This document shows, in pieces, positions 1 to 40,538 of a stretch of DNA of 64,000 nucleotides. Each line of letters starts with the position of its first letter. Positions within the stretch are counted from its first letter, which is position 1. The translations under genes and the position numbers were made by a program. Under the pieces are notes generated by a model. The model was not told the DNA's origin, ran no database searches, and saw only the letters and a program-made list of their open reading frames with translations. This DNA comes from Octopus vulgaris (taxonomy: Eukaryota). Where the stretch lies: the NCBI GenBank assembly GCA_951406725.2, contig OX597820.1:9610001-9674000 (forward strand), in the 5' to 3' direction.

Positions 1-798
1 ATATATACATATATATAGTTAATAAAACACGAAAAACACAACAACGCGAGGACATGGAACAAATATAGTATTATTGGACGCTCAGGGAAGAAGGAAGGTT
101 TAACGTTTCGAGCGGAGCTCTTCGTCGGAAACATAGGAGAAGGAAAGATCCAGAGAAGGGAAGACAGAGGAAAAAAAAAATCGCCAACAGTACACACGAG
201 GTCACACATATATGTACACACATATATATTTGTATATATATATATCATCATCCTCATCGTTTAACGTCCGTTCTCCATGCTGGCATGGGTTGGATGGTTC
301 GACCGGGGATCTGGGAAGCCAGAAGGCTGCACCAGGCTCCAGTCTTATCTGGTAATGTTTCTACAGCTGGATACCCTTCCTAACGCCAACCACTCCATAT
401 ATATGTATACATATATATATATATAAATTTGTTTGCTTGTTATCAGTCGTAAGACACGTGTTGTTTTCACCGTTAATGCTTCTGTATTTCATGTTTCTGT
501 ATTCCATTATTGTTTTTTGTTTTTTTATATCTGTCCCTTTTGCTGTCCTGGTGTTCGTATGCATTCGATCCTTCTTCCAGGAAATCTACGCTTCCAGCTT
601 AGTTTTTCTAATGCTCGTTGCTTAGTTTTTCTTGGAGGGCTGGCCGTGATCTAGTAATCTCAAGATTAATCAGCCGAAATTACTACGATGATCCGGTTCT
701 TGACTGAAGACTGAGGGTTTCGAATGTCCTGTCCGTGTTTATTGTATCGTCTTCTAAGAGTTATACGTTCTTGTCCATGTTGTATTTTTCTACATACC

Positions 799-853
<55 letters not shown>

Positions 854-1384
854 ATATGTATCTATATATACATACATACATTACATACACAAATATATAT
901 ATACACGCACACATATATATATAGTTTCTATCAACCAAATCCACTCACAAGACTTTGGTCAGCCCAGGGTTATTAGTTAAAGGCACTTGCTCAAGGTGCC
1001 AAGCTGTGGGATTGAACCCAAGACCTCATGGTTAGGAAATCAGCTTCTTAACCATACCCTGTTTCAGCATTAACATCCTGGAAGGGTGGTAAAGAATGGT
1101 GAATTTGTACAATCTTCACAGAAGAAGGAGACAAGTGGAAATGGTGTACAGCATGACCTGGAGCAATCCAGCCATGACACCCCTCCCCAATAATACGATA
1201 TGGCTAGAGGCTCCTATCAGGACACTTAGTGATGATTCACTTCGGCTACTTGGCAAACAGGTCTTCTACTAACCAAACATATCTAATTACATTTACCTGC
1301 CTTAACCAATCCTGTAAACACTAACACGCAAGGTAACAGCTGCACAAAAGGTAGGCAATGGCACAAGTCTTATTTATATATAAA

Positions 1385-1778
1385 CTAGCAGTATTGCCCA
1401 GCGTTGCTCGGGTTTGTAAGGGAAATAACTATATAAGCATTTTTAGAGATGTAAAGTATAATAGCCATCTCAATATGGCTAACCACAAAGGGGGGGTGTT
1501 ACTGTAGCTTTTTACGTTCTGAGATTTAATAATAAATTTTTAGAGTTACTTCCCTTATATATGCCAAAAATGCATTAAAAAATGGGAAAAATTGACGGTA
1601 AATTTTTTTAAAATCGTAGACTCATCGTAGACATGCTCTAATACCCAGAAGAGCTCGATATGAATCACGACTATAAGATACCCAGTTTTGGTTAAACTGC
1701 ACCGCAAAATGTGGGAGTAGTTACGAATCTAAATCGTAGGAGACAGACAGCACACAACCTTACTTTTATATATAAAGA
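1385..1778 (-). mobile_element. Non-autonomous Helitron
   Basis: 5' TC, 3' GC-rich hairpin then CTAG, inserted between A and T. Confidence 0.8.
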
Positions 1779-4700
1779 TATGGAGATGAAAGAAAAACCG
1801 ACGCTTTTGTTTGTAAATGCACCCATAAATGCTTATACATTCATAACCACAAATAAACAGGCGCATATTTGAGTGCATTTACTCACCCACACTGCACATA
1901 TAAATGCATATCATTGAATACACTTGTGCACACACATACACACACAAGCATGTACACACACACAAACCTACATCCACATCTGTTTATATACACACTTTCA
2001 CAAATATAAATGCATATAAAAAAAAAGCACCATCCAAATGTGGCCGATGCCAGCGCCGCCTCGACTGGTTTCTGTGGTGGTGGCATGTTAAAAGCACCAT
2101 CCGAACGTGGCCAATGCAAGCACCGCCTTGACTGGCTTCCATGCCGGTGGCATGTTAAAAGCACCAACTGATCGTGACCATTGACCTGTTAGCATTCAGG
2201 TTTCTCTGTCAAATGTAATGCATATTTATTCACCTTTGAAATAGTCAGGTTTTAACCCTGTAGCTTTGAGATTTCAAATGATGTGTTTATTTTTAGAATA
2301 GCATTGTAGGGTAAGTGTGAGAGGCAAGATCTGGCCAGTCACAAGATAAAACTGGTAGAATATTTTGGCCGGATATGGTCAGTTTAAATGCTAAATGGTT
2401 AATACCTGTGCTGGAGTCGTTAGCACAGTGGACAAAATGCTTAATGGCATTTCATCTGTCTGCATGTTCTGAGTTCAAATTCTGCCGAGGTTGACTTTGC
2501 CTTTCATCCTTCCAGGGGTCGATAAAATAAGTGCCAGTTACACACTGTGTTCGATGTAATCGACTTAACTCTTCCCCTAAAATTGCTGGCCTTGTGCCAA
2601 AATTTGAAACCAATATGCGTGCATATTGCAACATGCATAAAAACAAAGCTTAAAAAAGAGTTTTATCATGGCTACCAAATAATTGTCACATATTATATTT
2701 ACAGATAATTTCCTCTATTTACATAATATCGAGGTCTCCTTCATTCTTTTGTTGTCTTGCCATTTCTATCAATATATATATATATATATATGTAAGGGCA
2801 TCCAGCCGTAGAAACACTGCCAGATTTGACTGGGCCTGATGAAGCCTTCTGGCTTCACAGACCCCAGTAGAACCGTCCAACCCATGCTAGCATGGAAAAC
2901 GGACGCTAAACGATGATGATGATGATGATGATACATATATACATATGCTGGTGGCACGTAAAAAGCACCCACTACACTCTCCAAGTGGTTGGCGTTAGGA
3001 AGGACATCCAGCTGTAGAAACTCTTCCAAATCATGATTGGAGCCTAGTGCAGTCATCTGGTTCGCCAGCCCTCAGTCAAAATCGTCCAACCCATGCTAGC
3101 ATGGAAAGCGGACGTTAAATGATGATGATGATGATGAGTGTACATTTATAGATATGTATGATTGTGAGTGAGAAGACCCGGCAACTAAAGTGAGATTGCA
3201 GCCAGAGCACGTCCAGTTCTATTAAGGACACACCTGATGCATTGGGCGATATGATATGTTTGAGAAGACCTGTTGAGTCAAGTAAAACCAATATCGTAGC
3301 TGGAGCCAGTGCTCCCGACTGGCTCCCGTGCCGGTGGCATGTAAAAAGCACCAGCGAAACATGGCTGATGCCAGTACCTCCAGACTGGCTTCTGTCCCGG
3401 TGGCATGTTAAAAGCACCATCCGAATGTAATCGTTGCCAGGCCCGCCTTATTGGTCCCTATACTGGTGGCACATAAAAAGCACCATCCAAACATGATCAT
3501 TGCCAGGCCCACCTTACTGGCTGGCTCCTGTGCCAGTGGCATGTAAAAAGCATCCATTACACTCTTGGAGTGGTTGGCGTTTGGAAAGGCATCCAGTTGT
3601 AGAAACATTGCCAAATCAGATTGGAGCCTGGTGCAGCCGCTGGCTCTCCAGACCTCAGTCAAACCGTCCAACCCATGCCAGCATGGAAAACAGACGTTAA
3701 TCAATGATGATGCATTGAGGATGATGATGCATTGATGTACGTGCATGAGTGCATATGTGTCATCATCATCATCATCTTAAAAAGGGTTTTGATGTGAATT
3801 CTGTTAAAGGCACAATAAAGAAAGATGTGAAGTAGATGTTAGTTTACAGGGATGTTGAGGTGTATTTGGTGGTGGTGTTACAAGCATGTGGTGGATTTTA
3901 AAGGCTAGAAAAGTTGTAGGAGTAAAGAAAGTAGGTGGAAGTTGCGCTTAGCCACCCCTGTAGGGTGGAGCTGTTAAGCTGGGTTTGGTGAGATCTTCCA
4001 ATTGAATTTTAAGACCAATGTAGGAAAAGTTCTTGACATATGTACACACACACACACACACCACCACCACCACCACCACCATCATCATCATCGTCGTCTA
4101 ACGTCCGTTTTCCATGCTAGCATGGGTTGGACGGTTCGGCCGGGGTCTGGGAAGCCAGTCATTGCACCAGGCTCCAGTGTGATCTGGCAGTGTTTCTACA
4201 GCTGGATGCCCTTCCTAACGCCAACCCCTCCGTGAGTGTAGTGGGTGCTTTATATATATATGTAGTGAATCTTGCATGCATTAAGTGGATTCGATCCAAG
4301 GGAGGCTGGCAATGGCCACAATCAGTTGGTGCTTTTTACGTGCCAATATATTTGGAATTTACAAAAAAACGAAACAAAAGACGCAGACGGGTGTGTAAAT
4401 AACAAACAGATGTATTAGTTTAATGCTTGAGAAGTGAGAAAGTCCTTTACGTTTCGAGCCTATGCTCTTCAACAGAAAGGAGCCCAGAAATAAGCAGAGA
4501 AAGTGAAAAAGGTTTAGTGGTGAGCGATCAATCATGGTAAATGCCAAACAATACATGCATACATGACAAGGTTCTTTTAGTTTCTATCAATTCCACTCAC
4601 AAAACCTTGTTTGGCCTGGGTCTATAGTAGAAAACATTTGCAATGGGCCTGCACCTGTATCCATTTGGTTAGGAAGCAAACATGCCTGCCCTTCTTCATT

Positions 4701-5393
4701 TAAAAATTTCATATCTTCAAAAGGTTAACATGCAGTTCCAAATACTCCATTTGATAGAAAATGATTCATTCCTTCAATTCTTGTCTAAATTTCTTTATAT
4801 TGTTAAACTGTGAAAGTGTAGTTGCGAAACCTGTGCCGGTAGCACGTAAAAATGCACCATCCGAACATGGCTGATGCCAATGCCGCCTTGACTGGCTTCT
4901 GTGCCGGTGGCACGTAAAAAGCACCAACCGATCGTGGCTGCTGCCAGCCTCCCCTGGCACCTGTACCGGTGGCACGTAAAAAGCACTCACGTAGTGGTTG
5001 GTGTTAGGAAGGGCATCCAGCTGTAGAAACTCTGCCAGATCAAGATTGGAGCCTGGTGCAGCCTTCTGGCTTCCCAGACCCCAGTTGAACCGTCCAACCC
5101 GTGCTAGCATGGAAAACGGATGTTAAACAATGATGATGATGTTAAAATATTCAGTTGTTATTCTCTTGACTGGGCGTACCTTTCTGTTAATGTGCACCTG
5201 CGTAACGAAATAATTAGTCATAGCTTGCAACTTACCTTTAGGATATATGTGACTGTGAGTCATGGCTAAGGTAGTATATGCATATATATACATCATCATC
5301 ATGTATTTAATATCTGCATTGTATATGTATGTATGTATGTACACACACATGCATGTGTATGTATAAATATGTATATGTATATATGTGCATGCT

Positions 5394-5443
<50 letters not shown>

Positions 5444-6435
5444 GAGGTGGTTAGGGTAGTGGACTCGCGGTTGTAGGATCACGGTTTCAATTCCCAGACT
5501 GGGCGTTGTGAGTGTTTATTGGGCAAAAACATCTAAAGCTCCATGAGGCTCCGGCAGAGCTGGTGGCGATCCCTGCTGTACTCTTTCACCACAACTTTCT
5601 CTCACTCTTTCTTCTGTTGGCCTGCTTGCTTAGCCAGCAGGGTGGCGTCATTCGAAGGCTAAAACAATGTGAAGCGCATTGTGACCAGCGATGTGTAGCA
5701 ACATCTGATAACCTGGTCGGTCACGGTGATCACGATGATATATATATATATATATGAGTTTATATTTATAGATATGTATATAATTATATGTATGCATAAG
5801 TGCATATGTGTTATCATCATCATCATCATCATCATTCAATGTCCCTCCATGCACACTATTTTTTTGTTCAATGCTCTGAATTCATTTACGTGTCCTAGAT
5901 TTCTTTTTTAATAGTTCAGGACAGCACCTCAAATTTCATGTCACAAAATAAAATGGCTAAAACAAGTAAGAGAATAAAAGAATACTCTTCACTTGTTTCA
6001 GTCATCTGACTGCGGCCATGCTGGAGCACCGCCTTTAGTTGAGCAAATCGACCCCAGGACTTATTCTTTGGAAGCCTAGTCCTTATTCTATCGGTCTCTT
6101 TTGCCAAACCGCTAAGTTACAGGGATGTAAACACACCAGCATTGGTTGTCAAATGATGTTGGGGGGACAAACACAGACACACAAACATATACACACACAT
6201 ACATATATACATATATAATGACAGGCTTCTTTCAGTTTCCATCTACCAAATCCACTCACAAGGCTTTGGTCGGCCTGAGGCTATAGTAGAAGACACTTGC
6301 TCAAAGTGTCATGCAGTGAGACTGAACTCGGAACCATGTGGTTGGTAAGCAAGCTACTTATCACACAGCCATTTACTAAAGGTGGTGCTCCAGCATGGCC
6401 ACAGTCAGATGACTGAAACAAGTAAAAGAATAAAG

Positions 6436-6473
<38 letters not shown>

Positions 6474-8404
6474 AATCCGAACATGGCTGATGCCAGTGCT
6501 GCCTTGACTGGCTTCTGTGCCGGTGGCATGTAAAAAGCACCAACCGATCGTGACTGCTGCCAGCCTCCCCTGGCACCTGTACCGGTGGCACGTAAAAAGC
6601 ATCCACTACACTCACGGAGTGGTTAGCGTCAGGAAGGGCATCCAGCCGTAGAAACACTGCCAGATCAGACTGGAGCCTGGTGCAGCCTCCTGGCTTCCCA
6701 GACCCCAGTCGAACTGTCCAACCTGTGCTAGCATGGAAAACGGATGTTAAATGATGATGATGATGATGATGTTAAAATATTCAGTTGTTATTCTCTTACC
6801 ACAATGATTTCCATTATAGATTCTTATATGTTTTCCCATACACTACCCTCCACCTGCACAAACACTTTTTATGTGGTACCAGCACAAGTGTTTTTTACAC
6901 GACACCAGCATCAGTGCTTGTTCTGTGGCACAACCATGGGTGCTTTTTATATGGCACTAGAACAGATGTTTTTTATGTGGCACTAGAACAGATATTTTTT
7001 TTTTATGTACATCTTCTACTACTGGTCCAAGCCAACCAATGCTTTGTGAACGAGCCTGTTTGATGGAAACTGTGTGGTGGCTTGTAAAAGGCACCATTTG
7101 ACCATTGGGCCTCACGGAGGCAGTGACAGGTGACCAAGACCTTTGGTGATATACCGTACTTGTGTTGACCTGTCGAGCCAAGTGAGACCGTAGTCATGGC
7201 TGATGCTGGTGTCAGATCAATGGCACCTGTGCCAGTGGCATGTAAGAAGCACCAACTACACTCTCGGAGTGGTTGGTGTTAGGAAGGGCATCCATCCGTA
7301 GAAACCTTGCCAAATCAGATTGGAACCTGGTGCAGCCCACCCCCCTCTGGCTTACCAGTTTTCAGTTAAACTGTCCAACCCATGCCAGCATGGAAAGCAG
7401 ACATTAAATAATGATGATGATGATATATACCTTTCCTTCTTTGGACACTAAACTCTGCTTGCGAAGGCCTGTTGAGGCAAGTGAAATCAAAATCGAAATC
7501 AAATTCAATGATTAGCATCTGTGCTAGTGGAGCGCTAAGACCATCATCCAAGTGTCATCATTGCCAGAGCAGCTAACTGGCTGCCATGCCAGTGGCATGT
7601 AAAAATCATCATTCGAGCATGATTGTTATCAGCGTCACCTTACTGGCACGTGAAAAAACATTCAAGCAAGGTCGTTGCCAGTGCCACTGGACTGGCTCCT
7701 GTGCAGTTGGCACGTAAAAACACCATTTGAGCGTGGCCATTACCAGTACCGACTGACTGGCCCCTATGCCGGTGGCACGTAAAAGCACCCACTACACTCT
7801 TGGAGTGGTTCGCATTAGGAATAGTATCCAGCTGTAGAAACACTGCCAGATGATGATTGGAGCCTGGTGCAGCCATCTGGTTCGCCAGTCCTCAGTCAAA
7901 TCGTCCAAACCATGCTAGCATGGAAAGTGGATGTTAAAAGATGATGATGATGATATGCAAAACTTGTTACCAGTCCAAAAATGTTTGAAACATATTTGCA
8001 TGTGTAAGAAGGCCATTCATGGGTGTTTGTCATAGAGAAATATTCTTGTTGTTGACAGATAGGTGTAAATATACCATGGTCAGTCTGAAGTGCCCTCTAT
8101 CCAGATTAATGGATGCCTGCATTTTGAGGTGGTTATCTTCTGATCAGCTTCAAATATTGGAAACAGAAGCAACTCTGAACTGACCAAGGAACTAAGTTTA
8201 TCTTCTGTGTGTGTGTGTGTGTGTGTGTTAGTCACCCACTACTGCTTGGCAACTGGTGTTGGTTTGTAACTTAGCAGTTCAACAAAAGAAATCAATAGAG
8301 TAGGCACCAGATTAAAGAATAAGTACTGGGGTTGATTCATTTGAATAAAACTCTTCAAGACGGTGCTCCAGCATGGCCACAGACCAGTGACTGAAACAGA
8401 TAAT

Positions 8405-11396
8405 TATTTCCTTATTGCCCACAGGGGGCTAAACATAGAGGGGACAAACAAGGATAGACAAAGGGATTAAGTTGATTACATCGACCCCAGTGCATAACTG
8501 GTACTTATTTAATCGACCCTTAAAGAATGTAAAGCAAAGTCGACCTTGGCGGGATTTGAACTCAGAACATAACAGCAGACGAAATACCTATTTCTTTACT
8601 ACCCACAAGGGGCTAAGCACAGAGGGGACAAACAAAGACAGACACACGGATTGAGTCAATTATATCAACCCCAGTGCGTAACTGGTACTTAATTTATCGG
8701 CCCCGAAAGGATGAAAAGCAAAGTCGACCTTGGCGGGATTTGAACTCAGAACATAACAGCAGACGAAATACCTATTTCTTTACTACCCACAAGGGGCTAA
8801 GCACAGAGGGGACAAACAAAGACAGACACACGGATTGAGTCAATTATATCAACCCCAGTGCGTAACTGGTACTTAATTTATCGGCCCCGAAAGGATGAAA
8901 AGCAAAGTCGACCTTGGCGGGATTTGAACTCAGAACATAACAGCAGACGAAATACCTATTTCTTTACTACCCACAAGGGGCTAAGCACAGAGGGGACAAA
9001 CAAAGACAGACACACGGATTGAGTCATTATATCAACCCCAGTGCATAACTGGTACTTAATTTATCGGCCCCGAAAGGATGAAAAGCAAAGTCGACCTTGG
9101 CGGGATTTGAACTCAGAACATAACAGCAGACGAAATAACCTATTTCTTTACTACCCACAAGGGGCTAAGCACAGAGGGGACAAACAAAGACAGACACACG
9201 GATTGAGTCAATTATATCAACCCCAGTGCGTAACTGGTACTTAATTTATCGGTCCCGAAAGGATGAAAAGCAAAGTCGACCTTGGCGGGATTTGAACTCA
9301 GAACATAACAGCAGACGAAATACCTATTTCTTTACTACCCACAAGGGGCTAAGCACAGAGGGGACAAACAAAGACAGACACACGGATTGAGTCAATTATA
9401 TCAACCCCAGTGCGTAACTGGTACTTAATTTATCGGCCCCGAAAGGATGAAAAGCAAAGTCGACCTTGGCGGGATTTGAACTCAGAACATAACAGCAGAC
9501 GAAATACCTATTTCTTTACTACCCACAAGGGGCTAAGCACAGAGGGGACAAACAAAGACAGACACACGGATTGAGTCAATTATATCAACCCCAGTGCGTA
9601 ACTGGTACTTAATTTATCGGCCCCGAAAGGATAAAAAGCAAAGTCGACCTTGGCGGGATTTGAACTCAGAACATAACAGCAGACGAAATACCTATTTCTT
9701 TACTACCCACAAGGGGCTAAGCACAGAGGGGACAAACAAAGACAGACACACGGATTGAGTCAATTATATCAACCCCAGTGCGTAACTGGTACTTAATTTA
9801 TCGGCCCCGAAAGGATGAAAAGCAAAGTCGACCTTGGCGGGATTTGAACTCAGAACATAACAGCAGACGAAATACCTATTTCTTTACTACCCACAAGGGG
9901 CTAAGCACAGAGGGGACAAACAAAGACAGACACACGGATTGAGTCAATTATATCAACCCCAGTGCGTAACTGGTACTTAATTTATCGGCCCCGAAAGGAT
10001 AAAAAGCAAAGTCGACCTTGGCGGGATTTGAACTCAGAACATAACAGCAGACGAAATACCTATTTCTTTACTACCCACAAGGGGCTAAGCACAGAGGGGA
10101 CAAACAAAGACAGACACACGGATTGAGTCAATTATATCAACCCCAGTGCGTAACTGGTACTTAATTTATCGGCCCCGAAAGGATGAAAAGCAAAGTCGAC
10201 CTTGGCGGGATTTGAACTCAGAACATAACAGCAGACGAAATACCTATTTCTTTACTACCCACAAGGGGCTAAGCACAGAGGGGACAAACAAAGACAGACA
10301 CACGGATCGAGTCAATTATATCAACCCCAGTGCGTAACTGGTACTTAATTTATCGGCCCCGAAAGGATGAAAAGCAAAGTCGACCTTGGCGGGATTTGAA
10401 CTCAGAACATAACAGCAGACGAAATACCTATTTCTTTACTACCCACAAGGGGCTAAGCACAGAGGGGACAAACAAAGACAGACACACGGATTGAGTCAAT
10501 TATATCAACCCCAGTGCGTAACTGGTACTTAATTTATCGGCCCCGAAAGGATGAAAAGCAAAGTCGACCTTGGCGGGATTTGAACTCAGAACATAACAGC
10601 AGACGAAATACCTATTTCTTTACTACCCACAAGGGGCTAAGCACAGAGGGGACAAACAAATACAGACACACGGATTGAGTCAATTATATCAACCCCAGTG
10701 CATAACTGGTACTTAATTTATCGGCCCCGAAAGGATGAAAAGCAAAGTCGACCTTGGCGGGATTTGAACTCAGAACATAACAGCAGACGAAATACCTATT
10801 TCTTTACTACCTACAAGGGGCTAAGCACAGAGGGGACAAACAAAGACAGACACACGGATTGAGTCAATTATATCAACCCAGTGCATAACTGGTACTTAAT
10901 TTATCGGCCCCGAAAGGATGAAAAGCAAAGTCGACCTTGGCGGGATTTGAACTCAGAACATAACAGCAGACGAAATACCTATTTCTTTACTACCCACAAG
11001 GGGCTAAGCACAGAGGGGACAAACAAAGACAGACACACGGATTGAGTCAATTATATCAACCCCAGTGCGTAACTGGTACTTAATTTATCGGCCCCGAAAG
11101 GATGAAAAGCAAAGTCGACCTTGGCGGGATTTGAACTCAGAACATAACAGCAGACGAAATACCTATTTCTTTACTACCCACAAGGGGCTAAGCACAGAGG
11201 GGACAAACAAAGACAGACACACGGATTGAGTCAATTATATCAACCCCAGTGCGTAACTGGTACTTAATTTATCGGCCCCGAAAGGATGAAAAGCAAAGTC
11301 GACCTTGGCGGGATTTGAACTCAGAACATAACAGCAGACGAAATACCGCTAAGCATTTTACCCGGCGTGCTAATGATTCTGCCAGCTCGCTGCCCT
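8405..11396 (-). repeat. SINE-derived tandem array: one tRNA-like head plus 16 units of about 184 bp, flanked by a 14-bp direct repeat
   Basis: gaaatacc recurs at 8581, 8765, 8949 ... 11340 (period 183-185). Head on the minus strand at about 11340-11396. GAAACAGATAATTA at 8393-8406 and 11399-11412. Confidence 0.92.
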
Positions 11397-11459
11397 AAGA
11401 AACAGATAATTAAAAAAAATAATAAACGATGTAGATTAATGTTATGCAAATATGCAAAA

Positions 11460-11465
11460 TTTATT
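11460..11465 (-). promoter_or_regulatory. Candidate polyadenylation signal of CNDP2
   Basis: AATAAA on the minus strand about 200 nt after the stop codon. Confidence 0.5.
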
Positions 11466-11664
11466 GTTAAGGGTTCTTAAGTGTTACATGTGTGCCTGGC
11501 AAGGGTGAGATAATGCCAGGACATCTTTGGAACTGTCTTCATTTTGTTTCTTAACCATCAGACATGACAACCCGATCTTTAAGATATAAAATAAACTCTC
11601 TGGAATCTGGTTGATTCGAGGAATTAATCAGAATACATTTACTTCACAGGAATTCATTGATTCA

Positions 11665-39068
<27,404 letters not shown>

Positions 39069-39139
39069 TGTGAAGTGTGAAGAGACAGACACAGCGGAAA
39101 CTGTGGAGAAATAGAAAAAAAGAAACGATTAAAGTGTTT

Positions 39140-39451
39140 AGAGAGAGGGAGAGAGACAGAGGGGAGAGGAAGAGAGACAGAGGGGAGAGGAAGAGAGACA
39201 GAGGGGAGAGGGAGAGAGACAGAGGGGAGACGGAGAGAGACAGAGGGGAGAGGAAGAGAGACAGAGGGGAGAGGGAGAGAGACAGAGGGGAGAAGAAGAG
39301 AGACAGAGGGGAGAGGAAGAGAGACAGAGGGGAGAGGAAGAGAGACAGAGGGGAGAGGGAGAGAGACAGAGGGGAGAGGAAGAGAGACAGAGGGGAGAGG
39401 GAGAGAGACAGAGGGGAGAGGAAGAGAGACAGAGGGGAGAGGGAGAGAGAG
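39140..39451. repeat. 21-bp purine-rich minisatellite, about 14 copies (GAGAGACAGAGGGGAGAGGAA)
   Basis: Direct tandem units, nearly all purine on the plus strand. Confidence 0.92.
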
Positions 39452-39539
39452 TATGTCTGTCTTGGCGGGTAGACAGAGAAGCATTAAAAAAAAAGATACG
39501 ATGCATGTGAGGGTCGCAAACTTCGACTCTGATAACATC

Positions 39540-39715
39540 TTGCAAAGATGTCACTGCCCTTTTTTGAGTTTCTTGCCTAGATATCGGCTCATCCGGGATC
39601 TCGGTGAGCCAGAGGTCAAGTTTATATTTGAAAACGTCTACATCCACTCCATGAAGGCTCCTCAGATGCTTCGGCAGACAATTAAACAGCTGTGGGTCTC
39701 TGGAACCCAAGTTGT
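39540..39715 (-). mobile_element. CR1-like LINE C-terminal fragment
   Basis: PQLFNCLPKHLRSL...FKYKLDLWLTEIPDEP, typical of a CR1 ORF2 end. Confidence 0.6.
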
Positions 39716-39906
39716 TGCAGTACATGTATATATTAATAGTAATGGTAAGACAACAAAAGAATGAAAGAGACCTCGATATTATGTGAATAGAAAAATTTAT
39801 CTGTAAATATAATATGTAACAATTATTTGGCAGCCAAGATAAAACTCCGACATCCGAAACTCGGAGTTTCATCATGGCTACCGAATAATTGTCACATATT
39901 ATATTT

Positions 39907-39955
<49 letters not shown>

Positions 39956-40194
39956 TAAGGGTAGAAATTGATATTTATCAATTAAGACCAGTGGTCTAGC
40001 ATATTAAAAAAGAATCCGAAGATTAAAATATTTATATATACCAATTAAGGACTGAACACGAAAAGTGGACAGTCAACATGCTAGATATAGACGTCAAATC
40101 GCCTTTCACCACAAAAAGATTATGTTCTCAGATCAAACTCAACACAAAACCATAGCAATAAACAAGTGAAAAATATACGAAATAAAATAATTAC

Positions 40195-40259
40195 CCATGT
40201 ACTAACTTAGTTTCAGCTGTTATTTTCCGCAAGGAAAACTGCAGCCATCATCAGCACGG
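40195..40259 (-). ncRNA. Mirror-image type I hammerhead motif
   Basis: Reverse-complement arm of the palindrome; stem I CCGTG/CATGG with one G-U pair. Confidence 0.72.
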
Positions 40260-40260
40260 A

Positions 40261-40325
40261 CCATGCTGATGATGGCTGCAGTTTTCCTTGCGGAAAATAA
40301 CAGCTGAAACTAAGTTAGTACATGG
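40261..40325 (+). ncRNA. Type I hammerhead ribozyme motif (Penelope/retrozyme type)
   Basis: CCATG-CTGATGA-T-GGCTG(22 nt)CAGCT-GAAA-CTAAGTTAG-TA-CATGG: stem I, intact core, stem II, palindromic stem III, GUA site. Confidence 0.8.
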
Positions 40326-40477
40326 GTAATTATTTTATTTCGTATATTTTTCACTTGTTTATTGCTATGGTTTTGTGTTGAGTTTGATCTGAGAACATAA
40401 TCTTTTTGTGGTGAAAGGCGATTTGACGTCTATATCTAGCATGTTGACTGTCCACTTTTCGTGTTCAGTCCTTAATT

Positions 40478-40537
<60 letters not shown>

Positions 40538-40538
<1 letters not shown>

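Noticed and set aside
700-735. CTGAAGA...CGAA hammerhead-like motif
   Set aside because: No convincing stem II or GAAA core.
8590-8774. Hammerhead ribozyme in the 184-bp monomer
   Set aside because: No CUGANGA-type core with pairing stems found by eye on either strand; other ribozyme classes are not excluded.
8405-11396. CRISPR-like array
   Set aside because: Units are near-identical over their full length with no unique spacers; the sequence is SINE-derived and there are no cas genes.
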